Positions 61,652-64,000 of a DNA stretch of 64,000 nt are shown here, one piece after another. The notes under the pieces are model-generated. The model saw only the letters and a program-made list of their open reading frames with translations, was not told where the DNA came from and did no database searches. Each line of letters starts with the position of its first letter. Position 1 is the first letter of the stretch. The DNA comes from a virus. The position numbers and the translations under genes were made by a program. Where the stretch lies: IMG/VR virus record IMGVR_UViG_3300045988_087149, positions 32,001 through 96,000 of that record. One strand, 5' to 3'.

Positions 61652-63358
61652 TTGGAAAAAACAATTAAATTTGAAGCATCAAGTATCAAACATATTGATA
61701 TGAGCGAATATGATAATGATGATTATATGGTAGGTCGGACGGCATTTTTATCAACACGTCCAAACTCGCATGACATTATCATTCCAGAAAATGTACTCAG
61801 AGAATATGCGCCGTCCGTGCTTGGTAAATGGGTCACTGCTGAGGTTAAATTTAACGATTGCACTACTCATACCAATGGTCAGTCAATCGTAGGGATTGTG
61901 CCGAAAGAGCAGGACGTTGAGTTTGTCGAAGCTGATGACGGCTATCTTGATGCTTATGTTGATTGTATTATTAGTAAACGATATGCTAAAGAATATTGTA
62001 ATGTTTTCTCAGAAGATGATGCACAACGCTCTGTAAGCATTGAGGCTACCTTCTCAATGGTTGACGAGCATGAATGTGATGGGTTCAGCATTAAAACAAT
62101 CACAACTCTTGGACGAACTGTGCGCCCATCTGTGCCTGATGCAAATATTACAATCGTTAGATTCTCAGAGGAAGATGCGGAGAGCTATTATAGCAATCTA
62201 CATAAATCTGATTCTCTATCTAATCTAAAGCAATTTGTCGAAGAAAGGAAACAATCAATGGCTGAAAAGAAAACGTATAAGATTGACAAGTCCAAAGAAG
62301 CCATGTCTACGGCTGATTGGGGTAATTACGACAAAATTTCCATGAGAGATAAAATCATGGAGGCTAAGAATCGTGATACACTTGTTAAATCTGTATATCT
62401 ACTTGTAGAAGATGGTTGGAAAGATGCACCATCTGAACACCTCAAGTACCCAGTTATGATGCTTGATGGTGACAAATTCATCTATAACCGAAACGCTCTA
62501 TCATCTGCACTAGCATATGCAAAGCAGAATGATGAGACTGAGGTTATAAATAAAATTGAGGCTATCTATAAGAAGTTAGACCTTGATGACGATTCTGAAA
62601 GAAAGGAGGACAAGAAAATGGCTGAAATTGAATTTAGCGCGGTTAATATTGGCGATCTTTGGGGCATGCTTTGGGCCGCTATTGAAGAGCGCCAGAATTG
62701 GGAATATGGTATTCAGGGTATCTATGAAGAAGATAACCAGAAGTTTGCCATTGTTACTGATCGTGCAAAGACCATGTATCGGCTCGATTTTAGTCTGACT
62801 GAGGACGGTCTTACTCTTGCAGATGAGGTTGTTGAGGTCAAGCAGGAATTTACTGAGACTGATAACATCAAGAGATTTGCTGAACCTGAGAATGTTTCTG
62901 AATATCGTCTAGCTGATTGTGACGAGCATGACGATGATGACCACGATGATGATGAGCATGAGGAAGAGGAAGAAATGTCCGCAGACGAAATGAAGGCAAA
63001 GATGGCTGAACTCGAAAAGGATATTGAATCCCGCGATAATATCATCATGGAGAAGGACGCAGAACTAGAAGAACTGCGCAAATTTAAGGCAGAAGTTGAG
63101 GAACAGCGCAAAGCAGCAACCGTTGAATCTATTATGGCTGAATGCAAGGAATATATGTCTGATGAGCAGTATAAGGAAATGCGTGAAGAAGGCATGGCTT
63201 GTAAGATGTCTGAGATTGATGGTTGGACAAATAAGGTCAAGGCTGTATCTTTCTCTGCTGTGAAGAAGAATGTAAAGAAAACAAATGATGGGCTGTTCCG
63301 CTTTGCGGCTCCTATCGACAACAACAAGAAATCCAACTCTGTTTGGGATAGAATTTAA
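61652..63358 (+). CDS. prohead protease / scaffold-like fusion protein (568 aa), UUG start
   Basis: Positioned between portal and capsid genes. The C-terminal half is a coiled coil with an acidic run (CDEHDDDDHDDDEHEEEEE). GGAGG lies 7 nt before the TTG. Confidence 0.5.
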   Translation: MEKTIKFEASSIKHIDMSEYDNDDYMVGRTAFLSTRPNSHDIIIPENVLREYAPSVLGKWVTAEVKFNDCTTHTNGQSIVGIVPKEQDVEFVEADDGYLDAYVDCIISKRYAKEYCNVFSEDDAQRSVSIEATFSMVDEHECDGFSIKTITTLGRTVRPSVPDANITIVRFSEEDAESYYSNLHKSDSLSNLKQFVEERKQSMAEKKTYKIDKSKEAMSTADWGNYDKISMRDKIMEAKNRDTLVKSVYLLVEDGWKDAPSEHLKYPVMMLDGDKFIYNRNALSSALAYAKQNDETEVINKIEAIYKKLDLDDDSERKEDKKMAEIEFSAVNIGDLWGMLWAAIEERQNWEYGIQGIYEEDNQKFAIVTDRAKTMYRLDFSLTEDGLTLADEVVEVKQEFTETDNIKRFAEPENVSEYRLADCDEHDDDDHDDDEHEEEEEMSADEMKAKMAELEKDIESRDNIIMEKDAELEELRKFKAEVEEQRKAATVESIMAECKEYMSDEQYKEMREEGMACKMSEIDGWTNKVKAVSFSAVKKNVKKTNDGLFRFAAPIDNNKKSNSVWDRI

Positions 63359-63366
63359 CTAAATTT

Positions 63367-63392
63367 ATAATTAAAGGAGACTATTTAATTAT
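63367..63392 (+). promoter_or_regulatory. SD-presenting hairpin (translation initiation element), copy 1
   Basis: ATAATTAAA-GGAGACTA-TTTAATTAT: a perfect 9-bp A/U stem with GGAG in the loop and the ATG starting inside the 3' arm. Confidence 0.5.
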
Positions 63393-63879
63393 GGCAAAGA
63401 ATCATGCTATTTTCAATGGCACCCACTGCGCTTTCTGGGATGTGGATGCTTACAATCTAGTTGGTATCGCTGCTACTGATATCGACAACGCTACTTTCCT
63501 AACCCTAGGCGACATCAAGCTCAAGGATTCTACTGGCGGCTATGAATTTACTGTAACTGCTGACGCTACTGATGCAGAGTATATTGCTGGTACTCCTGCT
63601 GTGGGTTATGGTGTTGAAGCTCAGATTTTTGATGACCCCCGTTATTTCACTAACGAAGCTGGTAAGCCCATCTCTGTCAAGCACCTAGTCAAGGGCGATT
63701 GCATTGAGGTTGACCTTGCCGCATTTACTGCTGACCCAACTACTTCTACTTATGCCAAGGTTGCCGCTGGCAAGCTGACTGGCTCTACTACTGCTTCTGA
63801 CCCATTCAAGATTCTTGGCACTCACACTATTGATATTGGTGGCGAACTTGTCAAGACTTGGATTCTCATGAAGCAGTAA
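63391..63879 (+). CDS. head protein (decoration or capsid-associated; 162 aa)
   Basis: Ala/Thr/Gly-rich, with a strong initiation element. Lies between the scaffold-like gene and the next capsid-module gene. Confidence 0.5.
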   Translation: MAKNHAIFNGTHCAFWDVDAYNLVGIAATDIDNATFLTLGDIKLKDSTGGYEFTVTADATDAEYIAGTPAVGYGVEAQIFDDPRYFTNEAGKPISVKHLVKGDCIEVDLAAFTADPTTSTYAKVAAGKLTGSTTASDPFKILGTHTIDIGGELVKTWILMKQ

Positions 63880-63908
63880 TATTCAAACAATTACTATATA
63901 AATAAAAT

Positions 63909-63934
63909 ATAATTAAAGGAGACTATTTAATTAT
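63909..63934 (+). promoter_or_regulatory. SD-presenting hairpin, copy 2 (identical 32-nt element)
   Basis: ATAATTAAAGGAGACTATTTAATTATGGCAAA is repeated exactly from 63367. Confidence 0.5.
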
Positions 63935-64000
63935 GGCAAATATTATCACCCCAGAACTAGTTCAGTTTGCCAAGGGCAATGCTGATTTCTATACCGCTTT
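63933..64000 (+). CDS. 5' end of next head gene (possibly major capsid protein), runs off window
   Basis: ATG 63933 (MANIITPELVQFAKGNADFYTA...) behind the same initiation element. Confidence 0.4.
   Translation, partial: MANIITPELVQFAKGNADFYTA

Noticed and set aside
62722-63336. 204-aa minus-strand ORF rich in Ser.
   Set aside because: It is antisense to the acidic, coiled-coil part of the scaffold-like gene. Its low-complexity composition is the mirror of GAA/GAT repeats.

Overview
By-eye reading only; no searches were run. The window is a contiguous piece of a large, low-GC tailed phage or prophage of a Bacillota-type host. Genes have strong GGAGG Shine-Dalgarno (SD) sites and sigma-A-like promoters, and the layout is SPbeta-like.

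- nt 1-37.4 kb: leftward early and replication genes. These are NrdD, a RecD-like helicase, a radical-SAM plus PAPS-reductase-like pair, a RecJ-like DHH nuclease, DnaG, DnaB, an N6A methyltransferase, an interrupted C5 methyltransferase, a Sak4-like ATPase with a DUF669/SSB-like partner, a free-standing HNH, DnaE-type Pol III alpha, a beta-CASP MBL nuclease, a XerD-like recombinase and HU. Many almost identical TTGACA-17-TATAAT promoters cut this region into operons.
- 32.0-34.2 kb: three atypical tRNA-like genes. Two are embedded in a ~1.3-kb non-coding, helix-rich transcription unit that runs into the HU gene.
- 37.4-42.9 kb: iteron and AT-rich non-coding DNA flanks a visibly GC-richer islet of about 12 tiny ORFs that has its own promoters and terminators.
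- 44-48.6 kb: a leftward accessory operon with two Lar paralogs, dCMP deaminase, DUF1599 and DUF4041/T5orf172.
- 48.6-49 kb: a face-to-face and back-to-back promoter switch.
- 49-64 kb: rightward genes. A YonO-like single-subunit RNA polymerase is split at its DxDGD motif by a group I intron carrying an HNH gene. It is followed by two HU/IHF-like genes, a metallophosphoesterase, a promoter-driven ~1.1-kb non-coding RNA locus, and then putative TerS, TerL, portal, protease/scaffold and capsid genes.

Coding oddities: an in-frame TAG in TerL; a RecJ-like gene whose conserved N-terminus has no canonical start and sits behind an in-frame TAG; an in-frame TAA in the C5 methyltransferase; several UUG starts; and many ORFs below 60 aa (several of them predicted membrane peptides) that the ORF track misses, most coupled to a neighbouring gene by an ATGA-type overlap.
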